Source of the DNA: an uncultured Oscillospiraceae bacterium
GTDB lineage: Bacteria > Bacillota > Clostridia > Oscillospirales > Oscillospiraceae
Length of the DNA: 50,492 nucleotides
Reading direction: 5' to 3'
Assembly: GCA_964588975.1 (NCBI GenBank)
Contig: CAZPRA010000002.1
Span: forward strand, 1-50,492
In this document: one piece after another, positions 1 through 8,749 of the stretch
How positions within the stretch are numbered: the stretch's first letter is position 1
How the letters are laid out: each line of letters begins with the position of its first letter
Position numbers and translations under genes: made by a program
Notes under the pieces: generated by a model
The model's input: the letters and a program-made list of their open reading frames with translations, nothing else
Told to the model about the DNA's origin: nothing
The model's database searches: none

Positions 1-53
1 GATTGAACATTACGTTGCAATCCACCCCGCTATGGGTATCAGGAAAGCTTATA

Positions 54-770
54 TCAAATGGCGTCTTTTGCCAACTCCTGAACCACGAAGCCGGCGAGCA
101 TCAGCCCGGCGCAGGAGGGCACCCAGGAAACGGAAGCAGGAATCGACCGGCGGCCGGGAGGCGGTTCCTCCAAAGCCAAGGGCGTTTGGGGAAGCTCCTG
201 ACTGTAGAGCACGGTGTGGTGCTCGATCCCACGGCGGCGCAGCTCCCGGCGCATGATCCGCGCCAGATGACATCCGCTGGTTTTGGAGATGTTCTCAATG
301 CGGAACTGGGTGGGATCCAGCTTGTTTCCCGTTCCCATGGCGCTGATGATGGGAATTCCCCGTTCCCGCGCCGTTTCAATCAGGCTCAGCTTGCAGGAGA
401 CAAGGTCAATGGCGTCCACAATATAATCATACGGCTGGCTGAAAAAGTGCTCCTTGCGTTCCTCCGTGTAAAGCTCCGGCAGGGAAGTGACCCGGCATTG
501 GGGATTGATATCCAGAATCCTCCGCGCCATCACATCGGATTTATACTGCCCCAGCGTGGAATGAAGGGCGCAAAGCTGGCGGTTGAGATTGGACAGCCCA
601 ATGGTGTCGCTGTCCACCAAAGTCAGCGCGCCGATTCCCGCCCGGGCAAGCCCCTCTGCGGCATAGCTCCCCACGCCGCCTATGCCGAAAATAATCACGT
701 GAGCCGCCTTGAGCCGCTGCATTGCGCTTGAACCAAGCAGCATTTCCTGACGAATCCATTGCTGTTCCAT
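54..770 (-). CDS. tcdA: tRNA threonylcarbamoyladenosine dehydratase (ThiF/E1-like)
   Basis: GIGGVGS Rossmann motif, SNLNRQ, IVDAID, SAMGTGNKLDPT. ATG at 770 with GGAGG RBS (776-780). Confidence 0.9.
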   Translation of the reverse strand: MEQQWIRQEMLLGSSAMQRLKAAHVIIFGIGGVGSYAAEGLARAGIGALTLVDSDTIGLSNLNRQLCALHSTLGQYKSDVMARRILDINPQCRVTSLPELYTEERKEHFFSQPYDYIVDAIDLVSCKLSLIETARERGIPIISAMGTGNKLDPTQFRIENISKTSGCHLARIMRRELRRRGIEHHTVLYSQELPQTPLALEEPPPGRRSIPASVSWVPSCAGLMLAGFVVQELAKDAI

Positions 771-780
771 CGTTACCTCC

Positions 781-822
781 AAAAAGAAAAAATAACCGGA
801 GTGCCGACAAGCGGCACTCCGG
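781..822 (-). terminator. Intrinsic terminator after the PrsA-like gene
   Basis: 11-bp perfect stem CCGGAGTGCCG/CGGCACTCCGG (796-822) followed on the minus strand by a long T-rich tract. Confidence 0.8.
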
Positions 823-835
823 GATTTGGAAAAAG

Positions 836-2401
836 TTAGCTTGCGCTATAGTACAGACCGACATTGCCGCACATGGCCGCTTCTTCGCTGTAGTTGCAGA
901 CCAGTTCCGTTGCTGCGACAGATTCCTCCAGCCATTCAGCGGCAAGCGTGTTATTGACGCTGGCGCTGGTATAGGTCTTGCTATAGTCGGTGATAAACAG
1001 ATAGATGGTGCCGCTGCTGATTTCGAAGCTCTTGTAGCTGCCCGCTTGCGCACCTTCCATGATCCAAAGGCAAGCTTCCTTGGAAGTGCTCGACAGGGAA
1101 TAGTAGTTCATGTTGGAAATTTCAATATCGGCGCCTTCGCTGGTGTATTTTTCGGCCAGAGCACGGAAGTTTGCCTCCGAAGCGTCGCTTTCCAGACCGG
1201 CTTTGATGGCGGCAAGCTTGTCTTTCGAGCTGATCTCGCCCTCGGCAAGCTCAGCGTCTTCCGCGTCATTGGGAACATAAATCTGGAGCATTTCGGGGAG
1301 CTGATAGTCCGTGTTGGAAAGGAGCTGGATGACATAGTATTCTCCGTCTTTCTCAAACAGCTTCACGCTGCCGACCTCGGTCGTTTCGTCAAAGACCCAA
1401 GCGGCAATTTCTTCGGAATAGCTGGAAGTCACCGTGGAAGAAGTGCGGTCGGTGATCATGGTGACGGTCTTTTCCTCATCGTCCGTGACAAAGTTCTTTT
1501 CCATTTCCTCGGCAGCAGCCTTGGCCTTGGCTTCTTCTTCGTCGGTGGGATCGGCCTTGTTTCCATCCTCGTCCGCCTCAACGAAATCGTCAGCGCAGAC
1601 CTGATAGCACCAGAAGGATGCAACGTTGAAGGTCTCGGGTTCTTCTTCATAGCGTGCAGCGATCTCGGCATCGGTAAAGGTCTTCTGCTCAAGATAGTGG
1701 CTTGCGGTGTGGGTCAGCTCAAGGTAGTCGCGATAGTTGGACTTGTTGCAGCCGTCGCCATAAATATTGCGAATGGTGGTGGATAATGACCAGCCGTATT
1801 CTTCTTTATAGTTGTCCTTCAGACTTTTGATGCTTTCGTCGATTTCGGCCTTGCAGTCGTCGTCAAGCGTGAAACCGTTGGCAACCGCCTCGTCATAGAC
1901 CAGATAGCAGCTAATGGCCTGCTGCTTGGCAGTGTTGGCAAAGAGCTGCGCCAGAGTGACGTCATACACGCCGTCTTCGGCAGTGTGGCCTTCCAGATAG
2001 CCAGTGTCCACTGCAAAGGAGCTGTCGTAAGTAGAGATCAGGCTGAGCAGGGTCAGGTGGCTGTCCGTCACATAGGCTTCGTCCATCGGCACGGAGGAGT
2101 CTACGCTATAGTAGGAGCCAAAGTAAGTCGCATAGGTCAGGTAGTTATTGGCGATAGAGGAATAGAAATAGTTGAATTCCTTCACGGAAATATCGTGCTC
2201 GCCAACGGTCAAAACCGTGCGGTTGTGCTGATACACGCCGCGACCGAGAACAAAGGCGAACAGAGCCGCTACAATCAGAACAACAACAATGGCGAAAATC
2301 CAGCCCTCGGAGAGACGGGACTTCTTTTTGGCCTGCTGGGGAGTTGCGTTGAGCTGTTGCTCCAGTTCAATACGCTTTTTTCTTTCACGGGATGCGCTCA
2401 T
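836..2401 (-). CDS. Membrane-anchored PrsA/SurA-like foldase with degenerate parvulin-like domains
   Basis: Basic N-terminus, single TM, VLTVGEHDISVKEFNYFY SurA-N-like segment, ANFRALAEKYT parvulin-like remnant, very acidic. GAGG RBS. Confidence 0.7.
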   Translation of the reverse strand: MSASRERKKRIELEQQLNATPQQAKKKSRLSEGWIFAIVVVLIVAALFAFVLGRGVYQHNRTVLTVGEHDISVKEFNYFYSSIANNYLTYATYFGSYYSVDSSVPMDEAYVTDSHLTLLSLISTYDSSFAVDTGYLEGHTAEDGVYDVTLAQLFANTAKQQAISCYLVYDEAVANGFTLDDDCKAEIDESIKSLKDNYKEEYGWSLSTTIRNIYGDGCNKSNYRDYLELTHTASHYLEQKTFTDAEIAARYEEEPETFNVASFWCYQVCADDFVEADEDGNKADPTDEEEAKAKAAAEEMEKNFVTDDEEKTVTMITDRTSSTVTSSYSEEIAAWVFDETTEVGSVKLFEKDGEYYVIQLLSNTDYQLPEMLQIYVPNDAEDAELAEGEISSKDKLAAIKAGLESDASEANFRALAEKYTSEGADIEISNMNYYSLSSTSKEACLWIMEGAQAGSYKSFEISSGTIYLFITDYSKTYTSASVNNTLAAEWLEESVAATELVCNYSEEAAMCGNVGLYYSAS

Positions 2402-2464
2402 GGTGATTACCTCTCATTCGTGGGTTATACTTGGATTGAACAATCCAAATTGACAGTAAAACGT

Positions 2465-2493
2465 ATTATACCTTGAATTCGTCTCACTTTCAA
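2465..2493 (-). promoter_or_regulatory. Sigma-A promoter of the PrsA-like gene
   Basis: TTGAAA-17 bp-TATAAT on the minus strand. Confidence 0.75.
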
Positions 2494-2562
2494 GTAAAAA
2501 GTGAAAATTCTACAAAAAGTTTCTAATTTTTTTACAATGCGGCTCTTTTTTTCTGGTAGAAT

Positions 2563-2593
2563 AAAAAAATGAGCACGCTTGGTGCTCATTTTT
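2563..2593 (-). terminator. Terminator of the 6S RNA transcript
   Basis: AAAAATGAGCAC/GTGCTCATTTTT hairpin with T tract, directly after the 6S 3' end. Confidence 0.8.
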
Positions 2594-2594
2594 A

Positions 2595-2793
2595 AGCCCC
2601 GCTGTGGCCGTGTAGCTCCGTTTATAACCTGCACGAAAGGGCAGGTGGGTTGTCTCTCCACGTCTTTTCTGCTTCCAACGTCCGCAACCGGTCAAAGCCG
2701 GAACGGGAGGCCTGCACGCCGAGGCGGAAGTCCGACATCCCGAAAATTTGATGTGGGTTTAAAGAGAGCTATCACGCACCAAGCAGGGAACTT
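2595..2793 (-). ncRNA. ssrS: 6S RNA
   Basis: About 200 nt whose ends pair (CCCTGCTTGGTGCGTGATAGCTC with GAGCTACACGGCCACAGCGGGG). TTTAAACC pairs with GGTTATAAA, and the ACCCACCTG motif typical of Firmicute 6S RNA is present. Followed by a terminator. Confidence 0.85.
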
Positions 2794-2825
2794 TTTCTGT
2801 TTTGCGACGTCAAAGAGGGCAGAGG

Positions 2826-3113
2826 TTATTCCTCGGCGTCTTCCTCATCCTCAAAGAGCTGATCCATGAGCATTTCATAGACCGTTTCCAGCTCATCCTC
2901 ATCCTCGACCGCGAGAAGAACCGGCTCGCCGTCTTCCTCCACGGATTTGAGAATGCTGACCTCCAGCTCCTGCGCATCCTCATCTGGCTGCGCCGGAGTC
3001 AGCGCCAGATAATCCACGCCCTGATACTGAACGGTCGCGAGAACCTCCAGCTCATATTCCACACCGTCTTCATCGGTGATGGAGATGTAGTTTGCGCCGT
3101 AATCCTGATCCAT
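2826..3113 (-). CDS. DUF1292 domain protein
   Basis: Acidic 95 aa, ISITDEDGVEYELEVLATV...YLALTP. AGGAGG RBS before ATG 3113. Confidence 0.85.
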   Translation of the reverse strand: MDQDYGANYISITDEDGVEYELEVLATVQYQGVDYLALTPAQPDEDAQELEVSILKSVEEDGEPVLLAVEDEDELETVYEMLMDQLFEDEEDAEE

Positions 3114-3143
3114 AGCGGTACCTCCTTGCGTGTTGGCAAGTTT

Positions 3144-3172
3144 ATTGTAACCGCTGGCGAATGGAAAATCAA
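3144..3172 (-). promoter_or_regulatory. Sigma-A promoter for DUF1292 (possibly also 6S RNA)
   Basis: TTGATT-17 bp-TACAAT. Confidence 0.6.
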
Positions 3173-3321
3173 GAGGAAATCGGGCGATAAAGCCGTCCAT
3201 AGAGAAAAAATTTTTATCAGGCCGCCTGGCCCTTCGCCGTTTTCCGGAAAGAACCGAATTCCACCCGGTCAGCTTCGGCTTTTTTGCTGAAAAATTGCGA
3301 AAAACAGGAAGAAAAAAAGCA

Positions 3322-3351
3322 TTGATAACCAATTGACAAGGGTGATATAAT
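3322..3351 (+). promoter_or_regulatory. Sigma-A promoter for the PBP operon
   Basis: TTGATA-18 bp-TATAAT with extended TG and an A-rich upstream tract. Confidence 0.6.
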
Positions 3352-3433
3352 TATATAGATAGCGATATTGGGTCAGTTTGCCTTCGGCGGCTGACAGAAG
3401 ATATGAAAAAACTGGAAAGTGAGGAATTTTACT

Positions 3434-6091
3434 ATGGCCGATCAATCGCAAATGCCCGCCAGACGCCCTCATGTGGCCTGGCGCATTTCCCGCGTTGTGC
3501 TCCACGTGCTGGGGAAGATCCTCCTTTGGGTAATGGTCATCGTTGGCACGCTGGCACTCATTGCCGTGATCGCGGGCTCGATTTTTATGACGGAGTTCTC
3601 TGCTTATCTCCGGGCTGATGTCATTCCCAAGGCGTATGAATATGCCGATAATCTGGATTTGGACAGCATTTCCCTCGATCAGTCCTCCATTATTTATTAT
3701 ACCGACCCGACTACCGGAGACTATCGCGAGCTGCAGCAGCTCTATGCGGCGGAGAACCGCATTTGGGTGTCCTATGAGGATATCCCGCAGGCGCTCATTG
3801 ATGCCACCATCGCCATTGAAGACAAGCGCTTTGAGGATCACAACGGCGTAGACTGGCTGCGAACGCTCTCGGCCGTGAAGAATTTTGTCGGCGGCGACGC
3901 CTCCTATGGCGCCTCCACCATCACGCAGCAGCTTATCAAGAACCTCTCTTTGGACAATGACGTGACCATCCACCGCAAGGTGCAGGAAATTTTCCGCGCA
4001 CTTGCCGTTGAGGAACGCTACACCAAACAGGAAATTCTGGAATGGTACCTCAACACCATCTATCTCGGACAGGGCTGCTACGGTGTGCAGAGCGCTTCGG
4101 AGGTCTATTTTGCCAAGGATGTGCAGGAGCTCAGCATTGCCGAGTGTGCCTGCATCATCGGAATCACCAACAATCCATCGCTCTATGATCCCTATATCTA
4201 TCCCGGCAACAATGCAAAGCGTCAGGCCACCATCCTGAGCGAAATGTATTCGCAGGGCAAGATCACGCAGGCGGAATATAATCAGGCAAAGTCGCAGGAG
4301 CTTGTCTTCCGCAACGGCCTTTATGACGAAAGAACCTATCTGTGCGGCACGTGCAGCTTTGAAGGCCCCCGCAGCGACTATAACGAGCTGGAGGACAACG
4401 CTTATTTCTGCCCGCAGTGCGGCGCGCAGAACTATGAGGTCGACGCGAACAACTGCTATTCCTATTTTGTCGACACCGTCTACCGCGACGTAGTGAAGGA
4501 TCTGAGCACGACCTATGATCTGAGCGAACAGGCGGCTGTGCAGAAGCTGCTCACCGGCGGCTACCGCATTTATGCCACCATCAACCCGGAAATCCAGTCG
4601 CAGGTGGATAAGGTCTATGAAGACCTGAGCAATGTGCCGCAGTATCAGAGCACGCAGCAGCTTCAGTCCGCCATCGTCATCATCGACAACGAAACCGGCG
4701 ACATCATCGCGATGTCCGGCGGCGTTGGCAAGAAGGAAGCCAGCCTGACTTTGAACCGTGCCACACAAAGCAAGCTGCCAACCGGTTCTTCCATCAAGCC
4801 CATTGCGGTCTATGCCCCGGCACTGGAGGCTGGCGTCATCACACCCGCAACCGCCATTGAGGACTCTCCCTTTACGGAAAATCCCGATTGGCCGCAGAAC
4901 TACTACCGTAAGTATGGCGGCAACTGCTTGGTTCTTAAGGGCGTAGCCAACTCCCTGAACACCATTTCCGTCAAAACGCTCGATGCGCTTGGGCTTCAGG
5001 AAAGCTACGATTTCCTCACGCAGAAGCTTGGAATTACCACTTTGGTCGACAGCTATTCCACCGGCGGCAAGGAATACACCGACATTGCCTATGCGCCGCT
5101 TGCGCTGGGCGAGCAGACATGGGGCCTGACCGTGCGGGAAATGACGCAGGCTTTCGCGACCTTCCCCAATGACGGCACCTTCCGCGAGGCCAGAACCTAT
5201 ACGCAGGTGCTCGATGCAGAGGGAAATGTCGTTCTGGATAATTCGCAGGAGAGCCACACCGCCGTGAGCGAAAAAACCAGCTTCTATATCAATTATATGC
5301 TTCAGTACGCCGTGCAGTATGGCACCGCAACGGCGGCCCAGATGAGTAACATGACCGTGGCCGGTAAGACCGGTACCTCTAACAACAACCAGTGCTACTG
5401 GTTTGCCGGTTACACGCCCTACTACACCGCCGTGACATGGTGCGGCTATGACGACCCGGAAACGGTGACCAATTCCGGCAATCCGGCACTGGTCATGTGG
5501 AATCAGGTCATGAAACCGCTGCACAGCGCGCTCGAATACCGAAAATTCTCAACCCTTTCCGGTGCAAACTATTATAATATCTGCGCCGACTGCGGCAAGC
5601 TGGCCGCAGACTCCTGCAAGGCTGACCTTCGCACGGGAAGTCCCCGCGTCACAAGCGTTTGCCTGCACTATACCGATGTGCCGCAGGACTATTGCGACTG
5701 TCATACCCTCGTCAAAATCTGCGCCGCTTCGGGAAAAATCGCAAATGAATACTGCGAGCAGGTGGAGGGCAATACCGTCACAGAACGTGGTATGCTGATT
5801 TACAACGAGGACTGGAAGGCAGATTATGACGAGGAATGGGTCTTTGACCCCGAGGACGAGGAGTGCTACTGCACGCTTCACACGGAAGACTCCCTGAAGC
5901 CCACGGAGCCGCCAACGGAGTCGGAAGACCCGTCTGAGGATCCCACCGAGCCGCCGGAGCCGACAGAGCCGACGGATGATATCCCGCAGCCAACCGAACC
6001 AAGCGAGCCAACTTTGCCGGAGTGGTTGTCTCCGGCTCTCCCGCCGGAGGAAACGCAGTGGTTTGAGCGCCGGAAAATTGAAATAAACTGA
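3434..6091 (+). CDS. Class A penicillin-binding protein (PBP1A family, transglycosylase/transpeptidase)
   Basis: N-terminal TM. EDKRF..HNGVD, GASTITQQLIKN and RKVQE TG motifs. SSIK, SLN and KTG TP motifs. Cys-rich modules and a Pro/Thr/Glu tail. Confidence 0.95.
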   Translation: MADQSQMPARRPHVAWRISRVVLHVLGKILLWVMVIVGTLALIAVIAGSIFMTEFSAYLRADVIPKAYEYADNLDLDSISLDQSSIIYYTDPTTGDYRELQQLYAAENRIWVSYEDIPQALIDATIAIEDKRFEDHNGVDWLRTLSAVKNFVGGDASYGASTITQQLIKNLSLDNDVTIHRKVQEIFRALAVEERYTKQEILEWYLNTIYLGQGCYGVQSASEVYFAKDVQELSIAECACIIGITNNPSLYDPYIYPGNNAKRQATILSEMYSQGKITQAEYNQAKSQELVFRNGLYDERTYLCGTCSFEGPRSDYNELEDNAYFCPQCGAQNYEVDANNCYSYFVDTVYRDVVKDLSTTYDLSEQAAVQKLLTGGYRIYATINPEIQSQVDKVYEDLSNVPQYQSTQQLQSAIVIIDNETGDIIAMSGGVGKKEASLTLNRATQSKLPTGSSIKPIAVYAPALEAGVITPATAIEDSPFTENPDWPQNYYRKYGGNCLVLKGVANSLNTISVKTLDALGLQESYDFLTQKLGITTLVDSYSTGGKEYTDIAYAPLALGEQTWGLTVREMTQAFATFPNDGTFREARTYTQVLDAEGNVVLDNSQESHTAVSEKTSFYINYMLQYAVQYGTATAAQMSNMTVAGKTGTSNNNQCYWFAGYTPYYTAVTWCGYDDPETVTNSGNPALVMWNQVMKPLHSALEYRKFSTLSGANYYNICADCGKLAADSCKADLRTGSPRVTSVCLHYTDVPQDYCDCHTLVKICAASGKIANEYCEQVEGNTVTERGMLIYNEDWKADYDEEWVFDPEDEECYCTLHTEDSLKPTEPPTESEDPSEDPTEPPEPTEPTDDIPQPTEPSEPTLPEWLSPALPPEETQWFERRKIEIN
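5900..6020 (+). repeat. Low-complexity PTEP/PSEP coding repeats in the PBP tail
   Basis: KPTEPPTESEDPSEDPTEPPEPTEPTDDIPQPTEPSEPT. Confidence 0.7.
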
Positions 6092-6116
6092 CAGATAGAA
6101 ACACAGGAGAACGCCT

Positions 6117-6995
6117 ATGTGGATCGCCAAGGATTGGAAGGATTATGAGGTTCTGGACACCTCGGACGGAGAAAAGCTGGAACGCTGGGGAAAGTATTAT
6201 CTGGTGCGCCCTGACCCGCAGGTCATCTGGGCCACGCCCAAAAAGCACCCCCGCTGGCAGTCTTATGACGCCCGCTATGCCCGCTCAACGACCGGCGGCG
6301 GTCAGTGGTCGAAGCACCGTCTGCCCGAGCGCTGGGACATCCACTATGGCGAGCTGACCTTTCACGTAAAGCCCATGAATTTCAAGCACACCGGCATTTT
6401 CCCTGAGCAGGCGGCTAACTGGGACTTTATTTCCCGGGAAATTCGCGCTGCGGGACGACCCATCCGGGTGCTCAACCTCTTTGCCTATACCGGCTGTGCA
6501 ACGCTGGCTGCGGCGAAGGCCGGTGCCGCTGTTTGCCATGTGGATGCCGCCAGGGGCATGGTTGCATGGGCGCGAGAAAACGCTGCTGCGTCCGGCCTGT
6601 CCGAAGCGCCCATCCGCTGGATCGTGGATGACTGCGCCAAATTTGTCGAGCGCGAGATCAAGCGCGGTCGCCGCTATGATGCCGTGATTATGGATCCGCC
6701 TTCCTATGGCCGTGGGCCTTCCGGAGAGGTCTGGAAGCTTGAAAAGGATCTTTATCCCTTTCTGGAGCTGGTCTCCGGGGTGCTTTCGGAGAATCCTCTG
6801 TTTTTCCTCATTAATTCTTACACGACCGGTCTTGCGCCCTCTGTGCTGACCTGCCTTCTCGACAGCGTAATCACGCCACGTTTTGGCGGCCAGACCTGCT
6901 CCGATGAGCTTGGGCTTCCGGTGAGCACCGGTTCTTTGGTACTGCCCTGCGGCGCAACAGGTCGCTGGACAAGTGCCGCAAGGAGCAGCTTATGA
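6117..6995 (+). CDS. Class I SAM-dependent methyltransferase (RlmI/RlmK-like)
   Basis: HTGIFPEQ, VLNLFAYTG, VCHVDA, MDPPSYG. Confidence 0.85.
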   Translation: MWIAKDWKDYEVLDTSDGEKLERWGKYYLVRPDPQVIWATPKKHPRWQSYDARYARSTTGGGQWSKHRLPERWDIHYGELTFHVKPMNFKHTGIFPEQAANWDFISREIRAAGRPIRVLNLFAYTGCATLAAAKAGAAVCHVDAARGMVAWARENAAASGLSEAPIRWIVDDCAKFVEREIKRGRRYDAVIMDPPSYGRGPSGEVWKLEKDLYPFLELVSGVLSENPLFFLINSYTTGLAPSVLTCLLDSVITPRFGGQTCSDELGLPVSTGSLVLPCGATGRWTSAARSSL

Positions 6996-7840
6996 GCGTT
7001 ATTGTAGCTGAAAATCTAAAATTTGCCTATCCGCCGCAGGAAGACAACATTTCTTTCCCGGTTTTCGACGGTCTGAACCTGACTGTTGAGCAGGGGAGCT
7101 TTGTTGCCGTCCTTGGGCGCAACGGATGCGGGAAATCCACTCTGGCCAAACACTTCAACGCGGTACTTCTTCCGGAAGGCGGCAGTGTAAGCGTGTTTGG
7201 CATGGACACCCGCGACGAGCGGCTCCTTTTGGAAATTCGCCGCACCGTCGGCATGGTTTTCCAAAATCCGGATAACCAGATGGTCGCCAACGTTGTTGAG
7301 GAGGATGTGGCCTTTGCTCCGGAAAACCTGGGCGTTGAGCCCGCAGAAATCCGGCAAAGGGTGGATGACGCGCTGAAAACCGTTGGAATGTACGATTTCC
7401 GCTCCCATGCGCCGCACCTTCTTTCCGGCGGTCAGAAGCAGCGCGTTGCCATTGCGGGCGTGATCGCCATGCGGCCAAAGTGCATCGTGCTCGATGAGCC
7501 AACTGCCATGCTTGACCCGCAGGGACGCCGGGAGGTTATTGCCACCGTAGAGCGCCTGAACCGTGAAAACGGGATCACCGTCGTGCTCATCACCCACCAT
7601 ATGACCGAAGCCATCCGTGCTCAGCGGGTGATCGTCATGGACAACGGGAGAATTCTGGCAGACGGTGCCCCGCGTGAGATTTTTGCGCAGGTGGAGCTGC
7701 TTCGCGCAGCCGGGCTTACGGTACCTGCAACGGTGGGTCTGCTTTTTGAACTGAACCGGCGGGGTTATGAATTTCCGCTGGACGCCCTTTCTACAGAAGA
7801 ATGTGCGCAGGCACTTTATCAGGAATTTACAAAGGATTAA
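6992..7840 (+). CDS. ecfA1: ECF transporter ATPase A1
   Basis: GRNGCGKST, VFQNPDNQ, LSGGQKQR, VLDEPT. Confidence 0.93.
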   Translation: MSVIVAENLKFAYPPQEDNISFPVFDGLNLTVEQGSFVAVLGRNGCGKSTLAKHFNAVLLPEGGSVSVFGMDTRDERLLLEIRRTVGMVFQNPDNQMVANVVEEDVAFAPENLGVEPAEIRQRVDDALKTVGMYDFRSHAPHLLSGGQKQRVAIAGVIAMRPKCIVLDEPTAMLDPQGRREVIATVERLNRENGITVVLITHHMTEAIRAQRVIVMDNGRILADGAPREIFAQVELLRAAGLTVPATVGLLFELNRRGYEFPLDALSTEECAQALYQEFTKD

Positions 7841-7882
7841 CTTCCGTTTTCTGAAAGGCTTGACGCCCGGGAGGAACTTTAT

Positions 7883-8749
7883 TTGCCAACGATTATTGAG
7901 GTACGGGACCTCTGCCACACCTATAGCGTCGGCACCCCGTTTCAGCACGACGCCATTCATAACCTGAACTTTTCTCTGGAGCAGGGAGAGTTTCTTGGCA
8001 TCATCGGACACACTGGCTCGGGAAAATCCACCCTTATCCAGCATTTAAACGGTTTGCTCAAGCCCACGCAGGGGGATGTCCTTCTCCGGGGCGAGAGCAT
8101 CTGGAAAGACAAGCAGACCACACGCGCAGCGCGTTTTCGCGTTGGGCTGGTTTTTCAGTATCCGGAATATCAGCTTTTTGAGGATACGGTCTATAAAGAT
8201 ATCGCCTTCGGCCCGAAAAATATGGGTCTGAGCACGAATGAGGTGCGTGACCGCGTTCTTCGCGCGGCGGATTTTGCCGGAGTGGAGCGCGTTTTGCTGG
8301 AAAAATCGCCCTTTGACCTTTCCGGCGGGCAAAAACGCCGGGTCGCCATTGCCGGAGTGATCGCCATGGAGCCGGAGGTCTTGATTTTTGACGAGCCGAC
8401 TGCCGGGCTGGATCCTGCCGGCTGCGTGTCTCTGCTGGAGAACATCCAAGCTTACCGCCGCTCCACCGGCGCCACGGTTGTCATGGTCAGCCATTCCATG
8501 GATGACGTGGCGCGTCTGGCTGACCGTCTGCTGGTGCTCAATCATGGCACGCTGGAAATGCTCGATTCGCCTCCTGCAATTTTTGCCCGCAGTGAGCGTT
8601 TGCGCGAGATTGGCCTTTCCGTGCCGCAGGTAACGGAGCTGTTTGCCCGCCTGAAGGAGCTTGGACTGCCGGTCGACCCGGCCACCTATACTTTCTCCGA
8701 CGCGCTAGACCAGCTTTTGAGGCTGAAGGGAGGTGCCTGCCATGCTTAA
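7883..8749 (+). CDS. ecfA2: ECF transporter ATPase A2
   Basis: GHTGSGKST, VFQYPEYQLF, LSGGQKRR. TTG start after GGAGG. Confidence 0.93.
   Translation: MPTIIEVRDLCHTYSVGTPFQHDAIHNLNFSLEQGEFLGIIGHTGSGKSTLIQHLNGLLKPTQGDVLLRGESIWKDKQTTRAARFRVGLVFQYPEYQLFEDTVYKDIAFGPKNMGLSTNEVRDRVLRAADFAGVERVLLEKSPFDLSGGQKRRVAIAGVIAMEPEVLIFDEPTAGLDPAGCVSLLENIQAYRRSTGATVVMVSHSMDDVARLADRLLVLNHGTLEMLDSPPAIFARSERLREIGLSVPQVTELFARLKELGLPVDPATYTFSDALDQLLRLKGGACHA

Noticed and set aside
1-30. Start of a further minus-strand gene (ATG at 10)
   Set aside because: Only three codons lie inside the window, so it cannot be supported.
2579-2869. Short ORFs, or SRP RNA/riboswitch, in this intergenic region
   Set aside because: End-to-end pairing and motifs fit 6S RNA; no SRP domain IV motif was seen and the ORFs lack an RBS.
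3269-5524. 751-aa minus-strand ORF and similar long antisense ORFs (e.g. 722-1786, 14395-15597, 39748-40848, 46062-47165)
   Set aside because: They lie opposite well-supported genes, lack family motifs, and are typical codon-bias shadows.
5900-6020. CRISPR-like or mobile repeat
   Set aside because: Degenerate coding PTEP repeats, no constant repeat-spacer structure.
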